Positions 17,651 through 27,100 of a DNA stretch of 64,000 nt are shown here, piece by piece. This stretch comes from Pseudomonadota bacterium. Lineage in GTDB: Bacteria; Pseudomonadota; Alphaproteobacteria; Rickettsiales; SXRF01. The stretch spans positions 30,686 to 94,685 of the forward strand of contig JBBTBX010000001.1 of the NCBI GenBank assembly GCA_038043465.1. Reading direction: 5' to 3'. The notes under the pieces were generated by a model. It worked only from the letters and a program-made list of their open reading frames with translations, was not told where the DNA came from and made no database searches. How positions within the stretch are numbered: position 1 is the stretch's first letter; each line of letters begins with the position of its first letter. The position numbers and the translations under genes were made by a program.

Positions 17651-18010
17651 CTATAAAAATATTTTCCAGTTGGCGCGAAGTGTTTCTGAAAGTTTTTTTG
17701 CCATTTCTTTGCCTATGGAACGTTTACCATTTTCCATTTCTGAAAGATGATGTTGATGTATTCCTAGTTTTTCGGCAAGTTGTTTTTGTGTCAAATTCTC
17801 ACGGTAACGCAGCCCACGAAGTATAGTTGCAGGGCGTTTTACATCATCTGTTAGTACTGGAAATACTACATGTGCGGGGATGCTGTCTTCGTTATTTATT
17901 TCTTCAATATATGAAACCAGCTCACGTCCAATTTTTTTAGGAACGGTATATATTTCTGGCTTTGCTGTTAGCCCTTTAATTGTAATTGTAATTTCTTCAA
18001 TATGGCGCAT
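17651..18010 (-). CDS. XRE-family HTH antitoxin (HigA-like)
   Basis: C-terminal LTQKQLAEKLGIHQHHLSEMENGKRSI. Overlaps the upstream toxin gene by 14 nt. Confidence 0.8.
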   Translation of the reverse strand: MRHIEEITITIKGLTAKPEIYTVPKKIGRELVSYIEEINNEDSIPAHVVFPVLTDDVKRPATILRGLRYRENLTQKQLAEKLGIHQHHLSEMENGKRSIGKEMAKKLSETLRANWKIFL

Positions 18011-18269
18011 TTTCTCTACTCCCTACGTAATATATTTCAATCAATTTTATTTTTTTATTTTCTATTGTCCAGCATGCCACCCATTTGTAACTCAAATGAC
18101 AATGATAACGATTTCCACCAAGCTTTGAGTAATTAGGCCAATCTGGTAAAACAGCTCCATTTAACTGTAAGTCCTGAGTGAGAGTTATTAGAGTGTCTTG
18201 CTCACGTTTTGGAAGTTTATCTGATTGTTTTTTAGCTTTATTGGTAAAGTTTACTATCCAGTCACTCAT
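17997..18269 (-). CDS. RelE/ParE-superfamily toxin (toxin-first, HigB-like arrangement)
   Basis: 90 aa; KLGGNRYHCHLSYKWVACWTIENKKIKLIEIYYVGSRENAPY fits the RelE fold signature. Confidence 0.75.
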   Translation of the reverse strand: MSDWIVNFTNKAKKQSDKLPKREQDTLITLTQDLQLNGAVLPDWPNYSKLGGNRYHCHLSYKWVACWTIENKKIKLIEIYYVGSRENAPY

Positions 18270-18497
18270 AATATATACCTATTTTTGGTATAATGCAAGT
18301 AGAAGATTTCAGGGTGATTAAGAGTAACATAGGTTGAGATATTATACCTTTTGCACTTCAAAAATTGGAAATTTGTGAAGTGCGTACGCTCGCTACGCGG
18401 CGAAAAATCGGACTTTCGGTCTCGATTTTCGTATACCCATCCCAACTCTTCAGTTGGAATGGGTATACTAGACCCCGTGTCAAGCACGGGGATTAAG

Positions 18498-19796
18498 TTA
18501 TGCAACGATTTTTCGGACATACCACGCCACGCCTAAAGTTAAAACTGCGACTATAATAAACAAATCTTTTACGCCTAGTCCATATGATAATAATATTGCG
18601 GAAATTATGGCGGCTATTGTCATTGCCAGTGAGTCACTGAGGTTGCTGGCAGCGATTATCTGCGAGCGATGGCTGGGGGTTGTGCGTGACTGCAATAGCG
18701 CGTAAAGCGGTACGATATAAAGCCCGCCGCATATGGCAACCAACAACATGCAACCAACTACCAGCAGGTGACTGTTCACGCTAAAAAATTCAGTTATGTT
18801 CATCAACCTGCCACTTTCAGGAGCGTCAGGAGTGAAATAGATCATAAGCCCGGTGAACAGCGCGATTCCTATTGCCGATATGGAGGTGAAGCGGGTGGAG
18901 ATCTGGCTTTTCAACAATTTATCGCAAAGCAACGAGCCTATCGCGATTCCTACTGAAAACACAGTCAGAAATAATATGTATACCTCATTGTCGGCGTGGA
19001 TTACGCCGCGTGCATAATTGGCGAACTGGGAAATATATATCGAGCCAACGGTGATGAACCAGGAGAGGGCGAGGATGGTGCGCATCAGGGTTTCGTCGCG
19101 CCAGGCATAAGCCATTATGTTGCGGCTGCCTTTCCACAGATTGAAGCTGATTTGTGTGTGCGGATGGGCGGAAGGTGCGCGCGGAACAAAAAGGCTGGCG
19201 ATGAAGCCGATTACGGCGACTGCAATGGCGACTATCCCAATTAAATTATCAGGAGATTCTACAATAATTCCGCCTACTATCATGCCGATGAGAATGGCAA
19301 GATAACTGCCACTGGCGATGAAGCCGTTACCGACCAGAAGCTCTTCGCGTTTCAGATGTTGGGGCAGGATGCTGAATTTGATGGGGATGTTGAAGGCGGA
19401 GTGGGTTCCGCTTATAAATAAAATTATCATGAGCAGGTTGATGTCATTATGGTAAAAGCCATAGCCCGCGCCGATAACAATAAAAATCTCGGCGATTTTG
19501 GTTATGACTATCAGGCGGGATTTCTCGTATTTATCGGCGATTTCTCCGGCGATTGATGAAAATAAAACCATGGGAGTTACCAGAAGCGCGTAACATATCG
19601 TTACCAGAATTTCCGGTTGCATGGTGAGTTCAATATTATGTTTGGAAGCGTAGGTGATGAGTACCACAAGACCGGAACGAATCAGGTTGTCGTTGAATAT
19701 GCCAAGGCAAATGGACAGGAACATTGGCAGGAAACGGCGGTTAGTAAATAATTTATACTTAAGGGCTTTTTCAAGATCCAGTCCGTCTAGTTCCAT
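18498..19796 (-). CDS. lplT: MFS lysophospholipid transporter
   Basis: 432-aa 12-TM MFS protein in the dgkA/aas context, as for the E. coli lplT-aas pair. Confidence 0.8.
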   Translation of the reverse strand: MELDGLDLEKALKYKLFTNRRFLPMFLSICLGIFNDNLIRSGLVVLITYASKHNIELTMQPEILVTICYALLVTPMVLFSSIAGEIADKYEKSRLIVITKIAEIFIVIGAGYGFYHNDINLLMIILFISGTHSAFNIPIKFSILPQHLKREELLVGNGFIASGSYLAILIGMIVGGIIVESPDNLIGIVAIAVAVIGFIASLFVPRAPSAHPHTQISFNLWKGSRNIMAYAWRDETLMRTILALSWFITVGSIYISQFANYARGVIHADNEVYILFLTVFSVGIAIGSLLCDKLLKSQISTRFTSISAIGIALFTGLMIYFTPDAPESGRLMNITEFFSVNSHLLVVGCMLLVAICGGLYIVPLYALLQSRTTPSHRSQIIAASNLSDSLAMTIAAIISAILLSYGLGVKDLFIIVAVLTLGVAWYVRKIVA

Positions 19797-20155
19797 AGCA
19801 CCACCAGCCAGATTATGAGAGCATTTGCAAGGCTGAGCAGAACTGCACCGCTGGCTATGTCTTTAGCCTTTTTCGAGAGGGGGTGTATCTCGGTGGAGAT
19901 GCGGTTTATTGCTACTTCCACCGCAGTGTTGAGCAGCTCGACAATCAGAACCAGAAACAGGCTGCCAATTAAAATGGCTCGCTCGCTTGTGTCTTGAGTG
20001 ATGATAAAAGCAAAGGGCAGGGCGAAAGCAGTTATGATAATCTCGGTGCGGAAGGCGGCTTCACCCCAGCCGGCTTTTATTCCCTCTATTGAATAACCAA
20101 AAGCGCGGATAACGCGCTTTAGTTCGTTGGAAAAAGGAGATATTGGATTTGTCAT
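19787..20155 (-). CDS. dgkA: Diacylglycerol kinase
   Basis: 122 aa; EAAFRTE and ELLNTAVE(V)AI(N)R motifs of DgkA. Confidence 0.9.
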   Translation of the reverse strand: MTNPISPFSNELKRVIRAFGYSIEGIKAGWGEAAFRTEIIITAFALPFAFIITQDTSERAILIGSLFLVLIVELLNTAVEVAINRISTEIHPLSKKAKDIASGAVLLSLANALIIWLVVLWN

Positions 20156-20269
20156 TTTTTGATTCTAGCATTGCTTTTTGTTAGGTGAAACAAAATATTG
20201 GAGTTCATTCCAGCCCTTGCCTCTCCAATCTGCATTAGAAGCAAGTTCAATAGTCGTATACCATTGATT

Positions 20270-20356
20270 TGTCATACCGCACTTGATGCGGTATCTGGAA
20301 AAAAAACCAAAGACGGAATTTGTTGCCCCAGACCCCGCAATAAATGCGGGGTGACA
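20270..20356. repeat. Double-hairpin GTCAT...TGACA element
   Basis: tgtcataccgcacttgatgcggtatc ... gaccccgcaataaatgcggggtgaca. Confidence 0.75.
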
Positions 20357-20374
20357 AGGGTGAGTGCGGAATTA

Positions 20375-21412
20375 TTATATTTTATCTGGCAGATTGAATA
20401 TCTCGGTTACGGCGGTTATGCCTTCAAAACCCTGCACGGAGAGTTTTCCGGTTGCTGCGTCAGCAATCAGGCACAGGCGGGTGAACGGGTTCAGGATAGG
20501 CGCGGTGAGCCATGAAAAATTAGAATTTATTTCATGTCCCTGTAATTTGCAGGCCTGTTGCCAACGACCTTCGCTATTGAAAAACGGGCGGGCGCGGAAT
20601 TTATATGGTTTCTTATCTTTTTCCATTTCGCTTTGAAATTGGTTACTGGCAACTACTTGCTGGTCAGCTCCGATTTCACGGATTTCCGCCGAATCTTCGG
20701 TGCGTTCTATGACACAGCCTTCGCTGTATTTAAGTCCGGTGAGTATAAAGATGGCGGGAACGGCAATAGGAGTTTTTGCCAGCATTTCCTTCGCCGAATT
20801 ATAATCAGATGCTTGCTCAAAAACCTGCCTCAGCAAATGGGCTGGTGGCAGGCCGGTTTGTGACTGTGCTGCTTTACGATTTTTGAACCAATCGGCAATC
20901 ATGTTCCTGCTATAGCGACGCATTGGCGCGAGGTTTAAGGCAGCACTGAAACGCCCAGGTGCCATGGCGTTGAATATGCCGGAAATGCCTGGCCAGGTTA
21001 CGTTGTAAAAATCACCGGCCTTGCCCTCCTGCAAAACTACCATGACATGCTTGCCGAGCTTGGGGAATGGCCAATCTAAGACCCGCATCAGGCTGACATT
21101 TTCATCGTTGCTATATGCGCCGCTGGTGCAGCCCCATTCATAGGATAGGTTGAGTGAATATATGCCGCGGATGCCGAGGATGCTGTCGAATGATTCGATT
21201 TCATGCAGGAAAGGATTGCGCGTTCCCGTCAGCCATGCGTGTGATTTCTTATCAGCAAAAGGCAGGATGAGGCTGCTTGCCAGATGCGAAAAATAGCCAT
21301 AGCTTTTGCGGGCTGCGAGCACCAGAGTCTTTGCCGTGTCCGGATAGGCGCGCAGCAGGTCAATGGGCGTTTTGCCGCGCAAATCGATGAAAGGAATTGT
21401 GTTTTTTATCAT
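20375..21412 (-). CDS. Ntn-hydrolase superfamily protein, acid-ceramidase/NAAA-like (tentative)
   Basis: WGCTSG candidate nucleophile, MRVLDWPF and WPGISGIFNAMAPGRFSAALNLAP resemble choloylglycine-hydrolase/acid-ceramidase signatures (recollection). Confidence 0.45.
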   Translation of the reverse strand: MIKNTIPFIDLRGKTPIDLLRAYPDTAKTLVLAARKSYGYFSHLASSLILPFADKKSHAWLTGTRNPFLHEIESFDSILGIRGIYSLNLSYEWGCTSGAYSNDENVSLMRVLDWPFPKLGKHVMVVLQEGKAGDFYNVTWPGISGIFNAMAPGRFSAALNLAPMRRYSRNMIADWFKNRKAAQSQTGLPPAHLLRQVFEQASDYNSAKEMLAKTPIAVPAIFILTGLKYSEGCVIERTEDSAEIREIGADQQVVASNQFQSEMEKDKKPYKFRARPFFNSEGRWQQACKLQGHEINSNFSWLTAPILNPFTRLCLIADAATGKLSVQGFEGITAVTEIFNLPDKI

Positions 21413-21420
21413 AAGTTTAG

Positions 21421-21469
21421 ATGATAAGATTATTGGATGATAAGATTATTGGATGATTAGAATATTTCC
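21421..21469. repeat. 16-bp tandem repeat, about 3 copies, in a divergent promoter region
   Basis: atgataagattattgg atgataagattattgg atgattagaatatttcc. Confidence 0.85.
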
Positions 21470-21551
21470 AAGTTATAATATTCGATTCCTTTTTGAAAGA
21501 AAATATTGTAAATCCATTCATCTTATTATCTTTTTATCTAAAAGGTTTTCC

Positions 21552-22142
21552 ATGCCAGAAAATATTATAAAATCACAAAAACCCACACGCGAGCAGGCGG
21601 AAGAGGCGGTGCGGGTTTTGCTGCGCTGGGCGGGGGATGATCCGGCGCGTGAAGGTTTGCTGGATACGCCGAAGCGGGTGGTGAAATCGTATGAAGAATT
21701 ATTCAACGGCTATGAAACTGACCCGCGCGAGATTCTGAACCGCACTTTTAAGGAAGTTGATGGCTATGATGAAATGGTGGTGCTGCGCGATATAAATTTT
21801 AATTCGCACTGCGAACATCACATGGTGCCGTTTACCGGCAAGGCGCATGTCGCTTATCTTCCCGGTTGCAAGGTTATTGGTCTTAGCAAGCTGGCGCGCC
21901 TTGTTGATATGTATGCTAATCGTTTGCAGATTCAGGAGAAACTAACTTCACAAATTGCTAATACCCTCAATGATATTTTACAGCCGAAGGGTGTGGCGGT
22001 GGTGATTGAAGCAACGCATATGTGCATGACCATGCGCGGGGTGCGTAAACACGGGACAGTGATGCAGACCAGCAAATTACTTGGCTTGTTCAAGAGCGAC
22101 CCGCGTACGCGTCAGGAATTTTTTAGTTTACTTAAGAGCTAG
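21552..22142 (+). CDS. folE: GTP cyclohydrolase I
   Basis: [21 protein letters not shown] and IQEKLT motifs. Start placed at MPENII (ATG 21552). Confidence 0.95.
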   Translation: MPENIIKSQKPTREQAEEAVRVLLRWAGDDPAREGLLDTPKRVVKSYEELFNGYETDPREILNRTFKEVDGYDEMVVLRDINFNSHCEHHMVPFTGKAHVAYLPGCKVIGLSKLARLVDMYANRLQIQEKLTSQIANTLNDILQPKGVAVVIEATHMCMTMRGVRKHGTVMQTSKLLGLFKSDPRTRQEFFSLLKS

Positions 22143-22218
22143 TGAATAGTGGACAGTGGTTGGTGATTGGTGTAATCCAAATTAATCACAAACCACTAAT
22201 CACCAACTACTAATCACC
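22143..22218. repeat. Heptad word array forming an imperfect hairpin between folE and apaG
   Basis: tgaatag tggacag tggttgg tgattgg tg ... aatcaca aaccact aatcacc aactact aatcacc. Confidence 0.8.
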
Positions 22219-22611
22219 ATGTACAGCCAGACTACGAGAAATATTAAAGTTACGGTTTATCCGGCTTATCTTGATTTGCAATCAGATCCTGAGGCGCGTC
22301 ACTATGTCTGGGCTTATTCTGTCCAGCTTGATAATATCGGTGAAGAAAAAGTGCAGCTGCTTAATCGCCGCTGGCATATCACTGACGCGACAGGAGCAGT
22401 GCAGGAGGTGCGCGGGACAGGGGTGATTGGTGAACAGCCGGTTCTGGAGCCGGGTGATACGTTCCGCTATACTAGCGGCGCGGCGTTGCGTACCACTTCC
22501 GGAATAATGACCGGCGAATATGAAATGGAAACGGAATTTAAAGAACGTTTCCTGATAAAGATACCGGTGTTTTCACTGGATAGCCCAGAACAGATGAAAA
22601 GACCTAATTGA
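22219..22611 (+). CDS. apaG: ApaG (DUF525) protein
   Basis: Y.W.Y.V...N.G...VQLL.R.W.ITDA.G pattern across 130 aa. Confidence 0.9.
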   Translation: MYSQTTRNIKVTVYPAYLDLQSDPEARHYVWAYSVQLDNIGEEKVQLLNRRWHITDATGAVQEVRGTGVIGEQPVLEPGDTFRYTSGAALRTTSGIMTGEYEMETEFKERFLIKIPVFSLDSPEQMKRPN

Positions 22612-22641
22612 GTTTTGAGTGCTGAGTTTTGAGTTTAGAAA

Positions 22642-22806
22642 ATGAGAAGTCGAGAAGGCGAGAATAAATGGCTTAAGGCAGAGATTGAAAAGGGCATGGA
22701 TGATATTGCTGCTGGTAGGGTGCTTGATGGGAAAGTGGTTTTAGCAGAGTTAAAAACAAAAGCCCTACTTTCTTGCGGGAGAGGCAAAAAAGGGAGGATT
22801 ACTTGA
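22642..22806 (+). pseudogene. ParD-type antitoxin C-terminal remnant (no RHH N-terminus)
   Basis: MRSREGENKWLKAEIEKGMDDIAAGRVLDGKVVLAELKTKA parallels the C-terminal half of the parD product at 9789. No toxin follows. Confidence 0.3.
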
Positions 22807-23975
22807 CCACACAACTTCGTACAAAATTGGTTTCTGAATTTGTCTGCACTACGGACAAATGTCCGGACACGTGCTGCAAACACTGGTCGATGCAGATGGA
22901 CTTAGTGACCTATGAGAAATACAAAAAAGATGCGCCGGAGTTGCTTGATGCGGTTGAGGAAGATTATGACCAAACATTTATAATGAAGAAAGATACGCAA
23001 ACTGGTTATTGCGTGAAATTTGATGGTGGGAAATGTGGTGTCCATATTAAATATGGCGAGAAATTTTTAGGTGATGCTTGCTATTCCTATCCGCGCATTA
23101 CACGGGCTGCGGGTGAGATGAATATCATAACTGCTACTATGTCATGTCCGGAAATTGCGAGGATCGCGCTCTATGGCGAAAATCCATTTGCTATTGAAGA
23201 GGCGATTCCTTCGCGCGTGCCGCAGGAAATAAAAAATATTCTGGCAGATGGTTTATCGCGCGAAGATGCGCTTAATATCCATAAATTATTTATCGCTGCT
23301 ACGGAAGATGAGGCGGCAAGCGCGGAACAGATTTTTGCGCGTATCAGCAGCGCATCACGTTCGCTGACAAGGATGGAAAAAAAAGGTTGGCTGGGAGCTG
23401 CTTCAATGTATTTACGGTTGGCGGATAGTTCGCTGCCTGCGCCAGAGAAAAATATAAATGATCCATTTAATTTACTGCACTCATTATGTGGTTTGGTTGT
23501 TGCTTCCAAAAAAAATATACCACCGCGTTTGCAACAAACTATTTCAGAGATGGAAAAAGCTTTGCGCGTAAAACTGGATTGGGAAAATGTTTTGATTCAC
23601 ACCAGTGATGAAAGTTTGGATGCTTATAATAATTTGCAGGCATTATGGAAAAATGAAATGCAGGAAACTTATACGCCACTTTTAAAGCGGTGGCTGGGGG
23701 CGCAAATTTCTGCGTCACTATATCCTTTTGCTGGTCTGGGAGGAAATTTACCGGAACGCATTACTATCATCGGAGTGCGGTTGGCAATTTTAAAGCTTGC
23801 ATTAATGTCAATATATAGTATCAATGATGGAAAGTTACATCAAGATGATGTGATTAGGGTGGTTCAGAGTCTGTCGCGCTTCTTAGAGCATCTGGCTGAC
23901 CCGAGCTTTTCTCTACGGATATATGAAGAGACCGGCTGGAATAAGGAAAACCGCCTGCTTGGTTTGCTTTTCTGA
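22803..23975 (+). CDS. fliB: Flagellin lysine-N-methylase (FliB family)
   Basis: FVCTTDKCPDTCCKHW and GYCVKFDGGKCGVH Cys clusters, as in FliB/YkgJ-type proteins; directly upstream of the flagellin. Start placed at TTG 22803, after AGGGAGGA. Confidence 0.7.
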   Translation: MTTQLRTKLVSEFVCTTDKCPDTCCKHWSMQMDLVTYEKYKKDAPELLDAVEEDYDQTFIMKKDTQTGYCVKFDGGKCGVHIKYGEKFLGDACYSYPRITRAAGEMNIITATMSCPEIARIALYGENPFAIEEAIPSRVPQEIKNILADGLSREDALNIHKLFIAATEDEAASAEQIFARISSASRSLTRMEKKGWLGAASMYLRLADSSLPAPEKNINDPFNLLHSLCGLVVASKKNIPPRLQQTISEMEKALRVKLDWENVLIHTSDESLDAYNNLQALWKNEMQETYTPLLKRWLGAQISASLYPFAGLGGNLPERITIIGVRLAILKLALMSIYSINDGKLHQDDVIRVVQSLSRFLEHLADPSFSLRIYEETGWNKENRLLGLLF

Positions 23976-24120
23976 TAAAAAAACAAAAAATATCTGCCTC
24001 GTTAACCTATTATTAATGATGTTTGTTGATAATGGGTTTATGTGTGGTCAGTTTGGCTGCATGGTTAACCGGAGCAATTAGCTCCTTTATAAACTTTAAC
24101 GTCCAAGTAGGAGAAAAATC

Positions 24121-27100
24121 ATGGCTAATTCAATTAATACCAATATTTCTGCGTATTTCGCGCAGGCAAATATTGGAGCAGCTTCAGCATCATCTTCATC
24201 TTCAGTATCGCGTCTTTCCAGCGGTAACCGTATCGTGAAAGCGTCTGACGACGTAGCTGCTCTTTCAACTGGTACATCACTCAAAACACAGGTATTGGCA
24301 CTTAGAACTGCTCTTACCAACGCTTCGCAAGGTACATCGCTGCTTCAGGTAGCTGACGGCGCGCTTTCGCAAGTAACAGAAATTCTTCAACGTCAGAAAG
24401 CTATTTCACTACAAGCTGGTTCCGGTTCATTAACCGATACTGACCGTGGTTATCTTGATCAGGAATTCCAGGCTCTCTCAACCGAAATAGATCGTCTGAC
24501 CGGAGCTACAAACTTCAACGGCGTGAAACTTCTGAACGGTTCTCTTTCAACTACTGCTGCTGTTGCTGAAGTTGAGACTGCTGCAACTAAAGGCTCTCTA
24601 AGTCTTAACTTCGGTGCTAGCAATATTCTGGTTGGTGAAGTTGTTACCATTAACGGTACTACTCTTACCGCTGTTGCTTCTGGCGCAACCGGCGCGCAGT
24701 TCAACCTTGGTGCTAACATCACGGAAACAGTTTCAAACCTTGCAGATCGTTTGAATACCCTTGCCGACAGCACTACCTATAACACTACTCTTGGTGAAGC
24801 TATTTATTCTGCTGCTGGCTCAACCCTTACTGCTACAGCTCGTGCTGGTGGTGCGTTAAGTAATGCTTTCCGTTTGGATAACACCCCTCCTGCTGCTATA
24901 ACCGCTATACCAATTGGTGATGTTGACACAACCAACGGTTCTGCGAGCGTTGTTGTTACTATGGCTAACTCATATGCTGTTGGACAACGGGTTATCATCA
25001 ACCTTGGTACTGATGCTGCTATCGGTGGTATTGCTCATACTGCTCTGCGTGGTGTTATTACCGCTGCAACCGGTGCTTCATTTACCTTCACTGCTCAGGC
25101 AACTGCAACTGCAACTGCTGCTAACGCTACTGCTGCAACTGCGATTCTTGATGCTGCTAACACTTTTAACGAAGCTACAGTTACTGGTGGAAGCCAAGCA
25201 AGTTATTTCAACCTGTTTGCAACAACTACTGGGTTTACCAGTGCTACCACTGTAATTTCTGCTGCAACTTCTACTGCGGCGTTGCCATTCCAGGATGGTA
25301 ATACCTTTACCGCTACAGTAAACGGTACATCTCATACACTTCATACTTTTGCAGCAAGTGATACGCTGAAAGGTTTGGTGGATGGTATTAATGCCAGCTC
25401 TCCAACAACTGGTTTTTCTGCTTCTTTAATTATGGATTCTAACAATCGTTACAATATCCGTATTAAAGCTGAAGGCAATACTGGCCCAATTTTAATTAAC
25501 GGTGGTACAAATTACTATGCGACAGGCGCGTCTACCAATCTGTTGACTGGTGATAACCTTTCCACACTTGATACAATTGGTAACTCTACCGCAGCCCAGT
25601 TCTCTGGTAAGAGCATTATCTCCAGCGGTTACACTGACCTGGTTGGTGCTGCTGGTGCAGTTACCATTACTGCTGCTACTCAGGCTGCAACTGTAATCGG
25701 TGCTACTGCTGCCGCTCCGTTCGTGGTTGGTGAGAATGTCAGTGTTACCATAAATGGTGAAAGCAAAATTCTGCATACATTTGTGGCTGCTGATACTCTG
25801 GCAACAGTTATAGCTAGCATCAACGCTAAAACTGCAGACACTGGCGTTTACGCTGCTGTATTATCGGATGCCGATGGTCTGGCTGCTTACAACATTAGGC
25901 TGTATACAACTGCACCTACTCCAGCAACTGATCAGTTCCTAGTAGAAGCTGGTATTGGGTCTTCTCTGGCTTCCAGCACTCTTACCACCTTAACTACTAC
26001 CAATGGTGGCTTGTCACGAGTTACTACAGCTACCATGCAAGGTGGTGTTGATGACGGTATTGGTAAAGGTAATACTAATGCTACCGGTTCGGTTGGTGAC
26101 TCTATCCTGCAGAGTCTTGGTACAACTAAAGCCAATGCTTCTTTATTGTTTACTGCAATCCCAACGGCGAATGATTCTATCACCGTAGGTGGTCAGTTAT
26201 TCTACTTTACCTCTAACACGACCGCAGCTCCTAATGAGATCCTGATTGGTTCTACTGTTCAGGAAACCATTAATAACACTGTATCTGCACTACATAATTA
26301 TGTAGAAAATGGTCATGCTATCGGTACTGCAGCTTATGAGCTTAACCAGATTGATATTTCAGCTACTGCAAATTCTTTGGTGTTTACCGCTAAAGCTATG
26401 GGTACTGTAAAAACTCTTACTGGTGGCACTTCTGCGATTGCAGAATCATCTACTAACATTGCGCTGGTAGGTGGCAACCTTAATAACGGTTCTACTAACT
26501 ATGGTGTGGACGTTACTGGTATAGCTAATTCTGCTTTTACTGGTTCTATAAGTGGATTTACTGCTACTTATACCGGCACAACTGATACTATTGACCTGTC
26601 AGTGAAAATTGGTGATTTCACTTACACTGCTCAGGATGTTGATGCTACTGTAACCAGCGATACCCGTATCCGTTTATATTCTGATACAGTTGCTGGTAAA
26701 AACGGTGGTTTCTTTGACATACAACTTAAAGCTAACCAGGTTAACTCGTTTACTAACCAGGCTGGTGCGGATGCGGTTGCGGCTCGCCTCGATGGTGCTT
26801 TCAGCAGCTTGAATTTCTTACAAAACCGTAATATTTCAAGCTATACTGGTTCTGGAAGTATCACTTCTGGTGGTTCTGTAATTGGTTCACTTCAAGGAAG
26901 TAAGGTAACTGCGCAACTGAAGGAGTTTGAAAATGTAAACCTGTCAGATGTAAAAGTTGTTGCTCCATCAGGAAGCAACACCGATGTCAGGATTACTCTT
27001 ACCATCAGCGGTGTTGATTACTCTACCGCTTCTGGTATTGGCAGCGAGCTTGGTGCTAACCAGACCTACAAGCTGGTAAGCTCTGAAGATCCTAATCAAT

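Noticed and set aside
17437-17826. 129-aa Cys/Phe-rich plus-strand ORF.
   Set aside because: It overlaps the XRE antitoxin gene in antisense and the repeat-rich spacer. No start context or homology.
20198-20636. 105-aa and 90-aa plus-strand ORFs downstream of dgkA.
   Set aside because: They are built from the double-hairpin element and the antisense 3' end of the Ntn-hydrolase gene.
21421-21452. Fur-box reading of the gatgataagattatt repeats.
   Set aside because: The units are direct repeats, not palindromic. They fit neither the 19-bp nor the 7-1-7 Fur consensus in my hand alignment (9 of 16 positions).
22635-22883. 82-aa minus-strand ORF between apaG and fliB.
   Set aside because: It is antisense to the ParD-like remnant and the fliB 5' end, with no RBS or motif.
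24040-24076. Sigma54-like TGGTCAGTTTGGCTGCA and TGGCTGCATGGTTAAC upstream of the flagellin gene.
   Set aside because: The first has GG-to-GC spacing one nucleotide too long. The second lacks the -12 GC. Neither meets the geometry that the fliK and fliD sites satisfy.
24459-26188. Multiple 60-110-aa ORFs on both strands inside the flagellin gene (for example 24459-24773 minus, 24914-25255 plus, 25492-25776 minus).
   Set aside because: They lie wholly within a gene with strong homology evidence. The repetitive, stop-poor codon composition of the T/A/G-rich region leaves the other frames open by chance.
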